A stretch of DNA of 63,237 nucleotides, the filler included, from Rozella allomycis CSF55 (Eukaryota): NCBI GenBank assembly GCA_000442015.1. It is 5 parts of 5 records of this genome, joined end to end, with 100 filler letters (N's around TTAATTAATTAA, not from the genome) between each part and the next. Parts side by side here need not be neighbours in the genome. Positions count along the whole stretch, not along the records: positions 1 to 28,810 come from KE560898.1; positions 28,911 to 35,188 come from KE560899.1; positions 35,289 to 60,454 come from KE560902.1; 2 more parts are not named here. One strand, given 5' to 3'. This document shows, in pieces, positions 25,837 through 37,152 of the stretch (position 1 is its first letter; every line of letters starts with the position of its first letter). The translations under genes were made by a program, and so were the position numbers. A model generated the notes under the pieces. That model made no database searches. It was not told the origin of the DNA and was given only the letters and a program-made list of their open reading frames with translations.

Positions 25837-26894
25837 ATGCAATACTCTCCAGTTATAATATCCAAATCTGAATTAGAAAGTATTAAAAAGCGCTTAATAC
25901 AACCAAAGCCAATAGAAAGGACAAAGAAAGTAAGATATTATTCTTATCAATTCGAGAAATCGTCCATCTCTGATGTGTCACGAAGGGCGGAAATCAGAAA
26001 ACAAATGATAGAAAAAGAAAAAATGGATAGAGAGGTATTACTTTTTAAATGGTGTGTTTAGAAACAGCAACAACAAATTGATGCGGACTGGGCGGCAATT
26101 GTGGAGTCAGAAAAGTTGGCTGCAAGGGAAAGGGCTAAAATGCTTCAATATTTAAATTCAAATGATGGTTTCCAAGAATCCTCCAAGTTGCATATGGTTA
26201 ATGTACTAAAAGTAATCGAATGGTGTGACTATTATAGGAATTGGATCTCCAAAAGAAAGATAAAGCGAGAAGAAACTACATGTTAGAAGAATCAAAGCTA
26301 AAGGACAGAGTAATGTGTGAAAGAATGACAGATGATTACCTATGTAGTGTCAAGGTTCAACAAAACAATCGAGAGGAGACCAATGCAAAGCACTATAATT
26401 TCTTAAAAAGACAAGAAGAAGAAAAGAATTTAAAGAAGCATGAAAATGACGTAAGAAAAATGGTAAGAAAAATGAATTATAAATATAGATGGACGAGCAG
26501 TCGCTACTCGAAATGGATTCAAAATGTTTTGGTGAGACCAGGCAAAAAGAGTTTGATTTAGAAAGTAAGAAGCGTCAGGCTTTAAATGAATCTTTGCGTC
26601 AAACAATATTAGAAAAGCAGGTGTGAAAGTTTATCATACTTTATTTAGCGTCTAAACGATAGTAGTGAAAGGCGCATAACCGATGACGATCAAAAAAATA
26701 CAAAATTTTTAACCTTGAAGGAAGACTTGCTTCAAAAAATCAATTTAATGAATCGTTCAAAAGTACAGACACACCAGGTTTTAACAGATCATGTTCTCAC
26801 AGACTGGATGATAGCGAAAGAGCTTGACGAAACGCATAAAACTTCATTTATTGACAAGATTTCGTCTCAAGAATATCCATTTAGACGAGGATAG
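25837..26894 (+). CDS. Coiled-coil flagellar protein, CFAP210/CCDC173-like (multi-exon; 3' end approximate)
   Basis: VIISKSELESIKKRL and QIDADWAAIVESEKLAARERAKMLQY..SKLHMVNVLKELDLQ resemble the trichoplein-type N-terminal region; several short GT-AG introns. Confidence 0.5.
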
Positions 26895-27192
26895 AAAAAT
26901 GGAGAAGCTTTATGGAATCGATTACTGATTACCTTCATAAAATACCCAATGTTTTTCTATAATATTGATTTTTAATTGTCTGCTTTGGAGAATTCAATAA
27001 TAACCCAACAATTATCCTTCTTAGTTTCCTATTTTAAGTTACTGCATCTTCTGTATTGATAAAATGATGATTCAAAAACATAATTTTTGTCCTGAGCTTA
27101 CTAAATACTAAAGGTATCGCCACTCTCTTTTTAGATATGCGGCAACTGATTATCAAATTTGATTATCGAAAATTCAGAATTCAGATATCTGA

Positions 27193-28810
27193 ATGTCCAA
27201 TAATAACCCTACAATTTTCTCTCCAACCTACCAATTTAATTCCATATTTACAATTAGTGCACCTTCATTAAAGACAAAAATTATGGCCACTGTTGGGCCA
27301 GCAAGCAGTGATCGTGAAACACTGAAAAGTTTGATAGAGCATGGAGTAAATATATTTCGATTAAATATGTCTCATTGCAGTTATGATGTATGATTTATGA
27401 GTATAATATAATTAGTTTGCCAGGACCATCATTCAATCAATTAGGGAATTAAGTCGAAATGAGAACCCGGTAGGAATTTTGATTGATACCAATGGTTCAA
27501 AGGTCAGGTAATATATATTATAAGTTTATATTGAACTGGAAAGTTAAAACAAGGGTCAGTGTTCTTACGTTCTGGAGATGAATTCACATTTATTAATGAT
27601 GCAAAAGATGAAACAATTGGTGATGAAACAAAGGTATGATTGATTCTATTTCAATTTAAGGTGAAATTATGTTTTGAAAGAAGGAATATAAAACCAGGGG
27701 ACAAAATATACGTGGATGATGGGTTGTTGGCATTCACTATTGAATCAATTTCTGATGATTTTAAGATAATTAAGTGCCGCGTATGCAATAATGGGTATCT
27801 AGGTGAAAACAAGGGAGTAAATTTACCTGGGTTGATTCCAACGGAATATTCATCCTTGAGAAATAAAGATGTGCAAGATATTAAATTTGCGATTGAAAAT
27901 CAAGTTGAATTTATTACAGTATCGTGCATAAGATCATCTGACGACGTCATGGAAGTGAGGAAATTAGTAGGCAATAGTCGCATTAAATTGTTATCGAAGA
28001 TTGAGAATAAAGAAGGTTTAGTGAATTTTGAAAGTATTTTGAGAATATCCGATGGTAAAAAAAATATTGCAAAGTTCTAGGAATNAGTGGATGTGCAAAT
28101 TGTTTCATTAAAACAAAAAGAAATAATTAGTCGATGCAATCTGGTTGGAAAACCTATTTTTATTGCTAATCATGTTCTTGAAACATTGTGTGATCAAAAA
28201 ATGCCGTTGAGATCAGAATCATCAGATATTACATCTGCAGTAATGGATGGCGTTGATGGATTTGTTCTATCTGGTGAGACTGCAAGCGGCCTTTATCCTA
28301 TTGACGCTGTCGATTGGTTAGTGAAGATTTGCACTGAAGTGGAATCATACATCGATTATAACGAAGTAATTTAAACATCATACATCTTCAAAGGTTTTCT
28401 TAGATACACTTAGATGTGTTGAAAAGCCTATAGGTGTATCAGAGTCAATAGCATCATCAGCCGTCAAGTGTGCAAGAGAGGTGAATGCATCTTGTATTAT
28501 TGTTATTACGGAAGCTGGTGGTACTGCCAGGCTTGTTTCAAAATATCGATCTGCTTTGAATGTAATAGCAATCACAATGGATAGAAAAACGGCGCATCAG
28601 TTAAATAGCTCATTTGGAATCCGTCCGTATCATTATGATTCCTTGGTCGATGAAAACAAATCTATTTTAAAAGCGGCGATGCATTTTGCAATATCGTAAT
28701 GTCATCTCTTCTTTTAGAAAGGATCGGTGTTGCTCGCGAAGGTGATTTGGTGGTAATTACACAAGGGCAAGTTCAAGGTTTTGCTGAAGGAACAACAACT
28801 ACAATGCAAG
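27193..28810 (+). CDS. Pyruvate kinase family protein, divergent (3' end truncated at contig end; internal n gap at 28085)
   Basis: [64 protein letters not shown]. Confidence 0.88.
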
Positions 28811-28910
28811 NNNNNNNNNNNNNNNNNNNNNNNNNNNNNNNNNNNNNNNNNNNNTTAATTAATTAANNNNNNNNNNNNNNNNNNNNNNNNNNNNNNNNNN
28901 NNNNNNNNNN
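28811..28910. other. Artificial contig linker
   Basis: 44 N + TTAATTAATTAA (stops in all six frames) + 44 N. Confidence 0.97.
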
Positions 28911-29753
28911 AAAAGTCTTTTCAATAATAAAATAAACCATTCAAAGCCTAACGGAACCAAATTAGTTCAACCAACTGAATTAAAATTTGAATTAAACGAT
29001 TCAATAAAAAGATCAATTCAAAAAGCTCAACTTCAATTTAGAGAGCTTGTTGACAAACATGAAACTTCTGTTTTGTATTTTTCTCAATATGGAAAAGATT
29101 TCATCAAAAGCTGCAAATTGAGTCCAGACGCTTATGTTCAAATGGTAATAAAATATAAACATAAAACAAAGGCTATTCAATTAGCTTATTATAAAATGCA
29201 TGGGGTTTCTCGTCCCACTTATGAAAGTTCTCAGACTAGAAAATTTGCTTATGGAAGAACTGAAACCACAAGATCAGTTTCTGTGGATTCTATCGAATGG
29301 GTTAAATCAATGCAAAACCCTTCAATTGATTCTTCAAAGAAATCTGAATTATTAAAGAAAGCAATTTCTTCTCATTCAAAATACATGGCCGATGCAGTTG
29401 AAGGGAAAGGTGTAGATCGTCATTTGTTAGGTTTGAAATTGTTGGCATCTGAATTGAAGATAGAAACACCAAAGATATTCACAAACCCTGCCTATTCAAT
29501 GAGCTGTCATTGGAACGTTTCCACTTCTCAAATCACAAGTGAATACTACGATAACTGGGGTTGGGGTGAAGTTTGTCCTGATGGCTATGGAATCCCTTAC
29601 ATGATTAAAGAAAAAAGTATTCACTTCTGTGTTGCCAGTCAACATTTACACTCTAATAGACTCACTCACTTTCTGCAAGAATCTTTGGAAGAAATGAAGT
29701 CTATTCTCATTCAAAGTAATCAAGTTGATGTCAATCTTAAACCAAAGCTCTAA
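28911..29753 (+). CDS. Carnitine O-acyltransferase, 3' part
   Basis: YGKDFIK..SPDAYVQM|AIQLAYYKMHG..TYESSQTRKFAYGRTET, GKGVDRHLLGL, STSQ, DGYGIPY. Confidence 0.93.
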   Translation, partial: KSLFNNKINHSKPNGTKLVQPTELKFELNDSIKRSIQKAQLQFRELVDKHETSVLYFSQYGKDFIKSCKLSPDAYVQMVIKYKHKTKAIQLAYYKMHGVSRPTYESSQTRKFAYGRTETTRSVSVDSIEWVKSMQNPSIDSSKKSELLKKAISSHSKYMADAVEGKGVDRHLLGLKLLASELKIETPKIFTNPAYSMSCHWNVSTSQITSEYYDNWGWGEVCPDGYGIPYMIKEKSIHFCVASQHLHSNRLTHFLQESLEEMKSILIQSNQVDVNLKPKL

Positions 29754-29859
29754 ATAAAGATCTTTACTAACTAGTAACTTTCTCTGTGTTATGCAAAGCA
29801 GCAAACTATTAGACTTTCTTAAAGTTACTCAATACCTACTGTGGCTTGTCCCGTACTAT

Positions 29860-31536
29860 ATGTCTTTGAATCTTTGGTTGCCTATTGTAGTTGTTTGCGC
29901 CATTGTCACAGTAATAATTTAATGTTGACGATATAAGTTATCTCTCTTTTTTTCCATTGTCTTTGCCAAGGTTTTTCAAGATAAACATGATTCAGAAGGG
30001 TCCGTGACTCTTGTTGCTGTTACCATGTTGTCCATTATTCTAATAACCACAACTTTTATACCCATTGACGTTTACCTTGTCTCCTCATCTGTAAATGCAT
30101 CTTCAGGCCACAAGTACGAATGGGCCACCAAAGAATTCATATCCAACTTTCAAAATATTCTAGAATACGTGTACTACTCTGCATATGGTTTATTAACCTT
30201 CTTTGCGTTTGTTCTCGCTCCGTTCTTCTATTTCTATTTTGAAGAATGGGACTCTGAAGACCAAGACAATAGCACCGTAAGTTAGAATAATGTGTATATT
30301 AGAGGAGACTAAATGCCTTTCGCTATACATTAATAACTATATTCATTCTTGCAATTTTAATTCTTGCAGGGTATTTTATTTCAGTGGGTGAAAAGCCGCA
30401 GCTGGAATTTGATTGGTTCAAGAATATCGTGATTGAAAACGGCGGCCAAAAGATCATGTCATTTCTAATCGCTGTAATGGCCTCTGCCGGTGTGTTGGTT
30501 TATGTGTTTTACACCTCGATTGGATTAGCCAGTTTGCCAATGGCGATNCTAAATATATGGGGCGCGCAGTGCCAAGGCGAGAAAGGATGCGTTTGGAAGA
30601 GTTGGAAGAACAGGAAAGGTTTCAATTTTTGATTTTATTAATTAGAATGCTTGCAATGCGCTCTGAAAGAATTGAACAAAACAGGGTATCAATTTGGACA
30701 AAATTTAAGAATGTTACAAGACCTTTTCAAATAATTTTTGGTTTAATATTTTTAATCTTTTCCATCCTGTTTATTATCTCGATTGCATTAACTACGTAAA
30801 TTCTCTAATGATGATTTCACAAGAATTGATAGAGCCGCCAATTCGGTTTGCGGATCTTTGTGCGGCTTTGTTGTAAATTTTCCAGAAATTTTTAATCCAT
30901 TCAATTCAGTGTTTGTTGCCTTATCGCGGGTAAATGAATTATTAAGTTTGTAAAGGTATTTCCGTTGGATTTCATCTTCTTTTGCTTTCTGGTCGCATAT
31001 TTTGTGTTTGCCACTCTTTCTGGTATCATTCGAATTGGCGTTCGCTTTCTGTGGATCAAAGTAAATTGTATTTAGGAGCATAATAGCTATATGAATTCAA
31101 GACACGGAAAACGCCTCCTCAAGCTCTTTTGATTACAAGTAACTAGACGCCTAAATTTATGTTAGGCATACTTTTGGTATGTACGCTGTTTTCGTTTAAC
31201 TTTACTCTATTTTATTTAACACCTCAATACACCACATTCGGTTCACAGAGATTCGTAACTAATTTTACTCGATTTTAAAAGTGTAACAGCACTTTATCTT
31301 GCGTTGAGCATCCTGAAAATTTAATTCCTTGCTCACTGACGTCGCCATCGGAAGTGTGCACCCCTACGACAATCTCGACAATCATTAACAGAGTTCAAGT
31401 TAATCGGCCTATTTTTGGTATCATTATGATCTTTTCTCAATGCTGCACTGTCCTCTTGTTTATCATTTCTTTGATTTTTCTCTCCTGTAAAAAGCAGCGA
31501 TCTGTTCTTGATGATGATATTGATGAACTGGAATAA
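29860..31536 (+). CDS. LMBR1-family membrane protein, LMBD1-like lysosomal cobalamin transporter (multi-exon)
   Basis: IPIDVYLVSS, PFFYFYFEE, YTSIGLASLP, IDRAANSVCGSLCGF, YFPLDF, PQALL, PQYTTFGSQRF, CTPTTISTIINR. Confidence 0.82.
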
Positions 31537-31681
31537 ATTCTTTTCTATCAATACACGAAATTTGATCAGGTAAAGATTAGAATATTTTTTGTGTGATGAT
31601 AAATTAAAAATACTACTGGCTAGCCCGACCTACTTTGACACAATGTAACAAAACAACAAAAATCAAAACCCTGTAATTTAT

Positions 31682-32908
31682 TTAATTTTCCATTTTTTGT
31701 ATTAATTGGTCACATATTTTCATTAATTCTTGATTTTCTTTTGTTTTTGTGGCAATAGTTTCCTCCAAGGATTTTATTGTAATTTCAGAATTTGACCACT
31801 TTGAACGAATCAACGCAAGCTCCATTTCATATGACGCTCTTACTTTAGCGATTTCCTTATTAGCCCTATTTTTATTACATAGAATTAATTTACTCCTCAA
31901 TTTTAGTCTCTGCATGTCTTTTAAGTGTTTCGTATCTTTCTTCCGATGCAATGACATCATTCTGTAGTACTTTTATGTTTTCCTTGAGAGTTTCTTCATT
32001 CTTTCTATATGTTTCTGTAATAATTTTGACATCTTCATATCTATTATGTAAATCCCTAAATGAATTCTTAATCGTGGAAATTTCAGTTTCTAGTCTAGTT
32101 TTATCATTTTTTAAAATCTCCATTCGTTTATTCATTTCTTCTTCCTTTCTTTTAGACTTTTCTTTATTTTATTGTAGCATATATATTACCTGCAAGATCC
32201 GCAAAAGCTCTTTCAAAGCCTTGAACGGCGGCTGCCATTTCAGTCCTCTCAGCAACGCTTTTTTCGAATTTTTCCTGCAATTCACTAATTTCAAGTTGCA
32301 TCAATTCGTTCTCCTTTTCCATCTTTTAATGAGACCGAAACGCTCTTACTTTAGTCCTCTCCTCTGAAACCGCCCGTTGTAGATCTTTTTCCGTATATCT
32401 AAATACTGCATTAGGTTGAGTATAATCGTTAGAAGTATCAAGTAAAGAGAATGACTTCTTAAAGTTATCAGCAAATTGGTCTCGTTTTATATCGCCTGTT
32501 GTGGCAAATACTGAAGTTGGTAGTAAGCATGCCTCGCTTGCGTTATTTGACATAGTAAGGGGATCAAATTCTTTGACAGCTTCCCTTATTGGTGATATTG
32601 GTATCAACATGGGCTCTATTGCATTGTTGTTCAAAGGCCCTTCCTTGTCATCCAGTGGGGATGAGGGTGTGGAGTAATATTCTTCTTTTGCTGCTTCAGA
32701 ACTGTCAGATTTATTTAAATTGTCATTTTCTACATCTTTCGGCCCCTTTTTGATAACAGGATCTTATGTTTACTGTACTTAGTGAAAGCGAAGAAACAAA
32801 ATTGGAAAATGTTGAAGCAATATTATCTATACTATATTTTGGGGAAGAAAAAGACTTTGCATCTGATTTAACAGGGGAAACAGCGTCAACTTGGTCTTCA
32901 CCAATCAT
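31682..32908 (-). CDS. TACC-domain coiled-coil protein (multi-exon)
   Basis: SFRDLHNRYE..YRKNEETLK, ERYETLKRHAETKIE, ANKEIAKVR, C-terminus TKENQELMKICDQLIQKMEN*. Confidence 0.85.
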
Positions 32909-33010
32909 TTACAAAATTTACAATGTCAGCCGCTTTTGCTTTAAAATACTCGCCCATTCCAAATTTAAATTTGCTTATTTTAAATTAGATTATTTATTTA
33001 AATTTTAAAT

Positions 33011-34177
33011 TTAAATTCTGACAGTACATCCTGCTGTGCGATCTGTACCGCATTTTGTGCCTGGTGCGCAAGGAATCGGAATATACTTTCCATGATTACA
33101 AATAAAATATGTATTTCCTTCACACTTGTTGTTTTGGCAGCTTCCATTAGCATAGGACGTATTAGGAGGCTGCATGTTTGTGTTATCATTTTTTGGCACT
33201 AGATCTGGTTGTGTATTATTATCCTCAGAATAATCTTTACTTCCGTTTTCACCTTTATCGTCGCAGATTTCTACTTCCTCATATTCTTCACAGTCATCGT
33301 CCGATTTACTGGCTTCTTCGCCGCCATTTGGCTCTTGTAGATCCGATCCATCCCCTTCTTCAGGATTAACAGCATCTGATCCGCCTATATGTTGGTAATC
33401 AGAGCTATCATCAACTGCTTTCTGATCTTTTGGCGGTTCTTCCTCAATAATTTGTTGAGAGATGCTAATTGGTTGTGACGATGGATTGTCATATGAGCCA
33501 CCAGCCAAATCACTATCCACCACCTTCTTGCCGTTTCCACCTGCTTTCGTTTGTTCCACAGCAATAGGCGCTTCTGATGTCTTCTCTTGAGCAGGCTTTT
33601 CTGCCTTTGAATTATCAGCACTTGAGTAACCGCCTTTCTCCAAAAGTTCAAGCACACCAACATGATCTGCAGCACCGTCACCGTGATGACTTTCATATCC
33701 CGGCATATTTGCAAATGGCATTGGAGGCCCACTTAGTATACCACCTGCTTTACCGGATATTTTCACTTTAGCACATTGCATGTAATATTCTGCTCCTCCT
33801 GACGAAACCGGAATCCAACCCCAAGCGAAAAGACAGTCTTGGCAACTGGGAGCATCACTTGGAATTGTTAAAGGAAATTTGTTTCCTATTGGACACGATT
33901 TGTCTGTTTTCCCAATTAGGGTGAAAGATTGCCCTTTGTCATAGGACAAACCGAAAACACATCCTCCGCCATTATGTGTTGCAGTTCCGCCAATATCAAC
34001 TTCAATGGACTCTCCAGCTTTCCAGTTAGTCACTGGACCATTAGATGTTGGGTCAACTTGGCACAGCCTTTGTGCTGGGCTGTTAGTACTTCCTTCTAAA
34101 GGGGGCGGATATTTCAAAAGCATGTGACTACTTGCAAAGTAAATAGAACATATAGAAGTGAAAAACAGAGTTCTCAT
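33011..34177 (-). CDS. Secreted lytic polysaccharide monooxygenase, AA11-like, with C-terminal CBM19-like chitin-binding module
   Basis: Signal peptide then His1 (HMLLKYPPP); ATHNGGGC..LSYD; FAWGW; EYYMQCA; acidic linker; C-terminal C..YFICNHG..IPCAPGTKC. Confidence 0.8.
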   Translation of the reverse strand: MRTLFFTSICSIYFASSHMLLKYPPPLEGSTNSPAQRLCQVDPTSNGPVTNWKAGESIEVDIGGTATHNGGGCVFGLSYDKGQSFTLIGKTDKSCPIGNKFPLTIPSDAPSCQDCLFAWGWIPVSSGGAEYYMQCAKVKISGKAGGILSGPPMPFANMPGYESHHGDGAADHVGVLELLEKGGYSSADNSKAEKPAQEKTSEAPIAVEQTKAGGNGKKVVDSDLAGGSYDNPSSQPISISQQIIEEEPPKDQKAVDDSSDYQHIGGSDAVNPEEGDGSDLQEPNGGEEASKSDDDCEEYEEVEICDDKGENGSKDYSEDNNTQPDLVPKNDNTNMQPPNTSYANGSCQNNKCEGNTYFICNHGKYIPIPCAPGTKCGTDRTAGCTVRI

Positions 34178-34518
34178 TTTCTCCTTGTTTCATTTTTGAT
34201 TCTATTTTGTGAGGGGTAATATTCTAAAAATAGATTATGTTAAATCTAGATTGTACCACTACTCATAAATTGTGTAGTAGCATGAAAACTGAAAGTACTT
34301 TGAATAAACGATACAATTGATGCATTCTTTTGTCATTTTCACTCTTGAAATAAAACTATACTCAACAACACTTGCGAGTTGCAGTTAATACGATTTACGG
34401 CGGCTGCTTTTTTCTTTAAACCCAACTTTAGATGGAAATTAGACATTGGCGAAAAATTCCATATCTAAAAATAGTGCGCGCTCCTATAAATTCTCAAACC
34501 TTAGGGGCATCGTTTCAA

Positions 34519-35188
34519 ATGCAACTTATCCTTGTACTTGGTTTACTACCGTTGTTCCAGTTATCAAATGTACTAGCCATGCCTGTCCCATCAGTAGCTG
34601 GCTCNAGGCGGAAAAGCCGCCAATGATATTTCAGCCGAAGGAAACATAGCCGGTGGAAGTTTACCACCCCCTCTTCCAGGCGCGCCGAACATTCCATCCA
34701 TGGCAGGNNNNNNNNNNNNNNNNNNNNNNNNNNNNNNNNNNNNNNNNNNNNNNNNNNNNNNNNNNNNNNNNNNNNNNNNNNNNNNNNNNNNNNNNNNNNN
34801 NNNNNNNNNNNNNNNNNNNNNNNNNNNNNNNNNNNNNNNNNNNNNNNNNNNNNNNNNNNNNNNNNNNNNNNNNNNNNNNNNNNNNNNNNNNNNNNNNNNN
34901 NNNNNNNNNNNNNNNNNNNNNNNNNNNNNNNNNNNNNNNNNNNNNNNNNNNNNNNNNNNNNNNNNNNNNNNNNNNNNNNNNNNNNNNNNNNNNNNNNNNN
35001 NNNNNNNNNNNNNNNNNNNNNNCTCCTACGATGCCAGCCAGTGCAGGTGCCCCAGCAATGCCACCGATGCCAGATGGTGCTGACGCCTATCCCGCTGAAG
35101 CCGCTCAGGGAGGTCCAGGAGATCAAATGCCAATGGATGATCCAGCATCCATGATGCAAGCAGCTGGTGGCAATGTCCAGTATCAATC
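34519..35188 (+). CDS. Secreted Pro/Ala/Met/Gly-rich low-complexity protein (partial, gapped)
   Basis: MQLILVLGLLPLFQLSNVLAMPVP; after N gap 34708-35022 PTMPASAGAPAMPPMPDG..QMPMDDPASMMQ. Confidence 0.5.
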
Positions 35189-35288
35189 NNNNNNNNNNNN
35201 NNNNNNNNNNNNNNNNNNNNNNNNNNNNNNNNTTAATTAATTAANNNNNNNNNNNNNNNNNNNNNNNNNNNNNNNNNNNNNNNNNNNN
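35189..35288. other. Artificial contig linker
   Basis: 44 N + TTAATTAATTAA + 44 N. Confidence 0.97.
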
Positions 35289-35362
35289 CTGAAAAGCTGT
35301 TTGAACCCATACCAATTAACATTTTTAAAGGAAAATAAAAAGTACCTCAAGAATCTACTTTA

Positions 35363-37059
35363 ATGTCTAAGCCTTGCCCATATGTCTTTGTAAGTTTCAG
35401 ACTTCCCTTTAACAAAGACTCTTTCTGAATAACTTGGATGAAGCTAATTTAAGTAAACTTGACGAGATAAAAAGTTCTCAGAAAATAGTGTTTATCTCAA
35501 CAACATCCTCAAAAGTTTTGTCTCGGGTTTCCAAAAAATATTCAGAAGCACAAGTCATATCTCTTGATATTGAGTGCTCGGAATGTAAAAACGTTATTTA
35601 TTTAAGTAGCTACCTTTATATACGTTTTAGATAGAAAAAGGATGCCATCTCTTGACTATTCAAGACCTAAATGTTGCTGTTATCAATGCAAAATATGATG
35701 AGTGGGAGTATTTGAAAGACTCTAATTTGGATTATGTTACAAAATCGTCCCTAATATCATTCAAGGAGGTCTTGGCAAATCATGACAAGCCGATAGATTT
35801 ATTTTTAGCTGAACCATTATCAACTATTTTCCCTAGAGATTTTCTTGGGCGAATAGCAGATCCGTACCTTCAGTCTATAATTAACTTTGAGCCTTTTTAC
35901 GAGATTTATAAAAATTGCAAAAGAAGAACAAGAATGTTTGCTTGCATGGATGAGAATTGGGAAGGAACAGTTTCATGGAGCAATGGTTCAAATTTATACT
36001 GTAATTTTGGGAAATTGGGGCTTTATAATAATATTTCTGTATGTTGTTTTATTCATATTGAAATTAGGAATGCAGTGTGGAGATCTGCAACATACTTCAG
36101 ATAGATGTTAGCATCAATGACCCAACTATACCTAGTAAAAGAGACAGAGTGTATAATCAACCACCAGAAGGATATGTATGCAGAATATGCCAGAGTTCAG
36201 ATCACTACATCAAAGAATGTCCAAAGAAAGTAAAAGAACCATTGGGGAAGCGAAATAATCACAAAGTAGTCAAATCTGAATGTTGGTTTTGTCTTGGAAA
36301 TCCCAATGCATCCACTCACCTTGTGGCATCAGTTGAACAAGAAGTGTACCTTGCATTAGTAAAAGGCCCTTTAGTTAAGTTTCATTGTGTTATTGTACCC
36401 ATTGAACATGTTTTGTCAAACGAAATTTATACTCCTAATTTACACCAACAAATAATGCAACTTAAAATCAGATTTGAAGAGGCTTTGAATTGCAAATCTG
36501 TTCTAATTGAAGTTTTTCATCAAAATAAGGCATCTCATTCTTATGCCACAGTAAGTCATTTTCGATGCTTTTNCAATTTACACCAGCAAATAATGCGACT
36601 TAAAACCAGATTTGACGAGGCTTTGAATTGCAAATCTGTTTTAATTGAAGTCTTTCATCAAAATAAGGCATCTCATTCTTATGCCACAGTAAGTCGTTTT
36701 TGATGCTTTTTTAGATTGTTCCATTGTATGAAGAAACACAGTTAGAAATTGTGTACCAAAATTTTATTAATCAAGCTATATATGAAGGATATTCAAAGTC
36801 AAACAACATATTGAACTCAGAAAAGCCCTGTTTCTTTAGGGTAACGATTACGAGTCTGGAACCTTTGATATTTCTCGTTCCGTCATCTAAAAGGATAGAT
36901 TTACAGTTTCCAAGGTAAATAATGATACATTTTTTAACTAGAAAAGTACTGGCTTTAGCATTAGGTGTTCCCGAGAAAATTGAATGGAGAAATTGTCAGC
37001 AAACTCAGGACGAGGAACAAGCTTGGGCCGACGAATTGAAAGAGAAATTAAATAAATAA
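35363..37059 (+). CDS. CWF19-like 1 / Drn1 debranching-associated protein (multi-exon; duplicated segment at n 36573)
   Basis: Zn knuckle PPEGYVCRICQSSDHYIKECP; CwfJ domain CWFCLGNP..HLVASV..YLALVKGPL..VIVPIEH; DLQFPRKVLA..IEWRNC. Confidence 0.82.
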
Positions 37060-37152
37060 ATCAATTGTTTTGTATCACAAAGTTAATTTCGTGCTGATCA
37101 ATTTTAAATAGAATTTCCATAACAACTCCCAAACGGAGATTTTTTGAAGACA

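Noticed and set aside
28811..28910. TTAATTAATTAA palindrome recurring four times within N runs
   Set aside because: Identical 100-nt six-frame-stop spacer; an assembly/concatenation artefact, not a biological repeat
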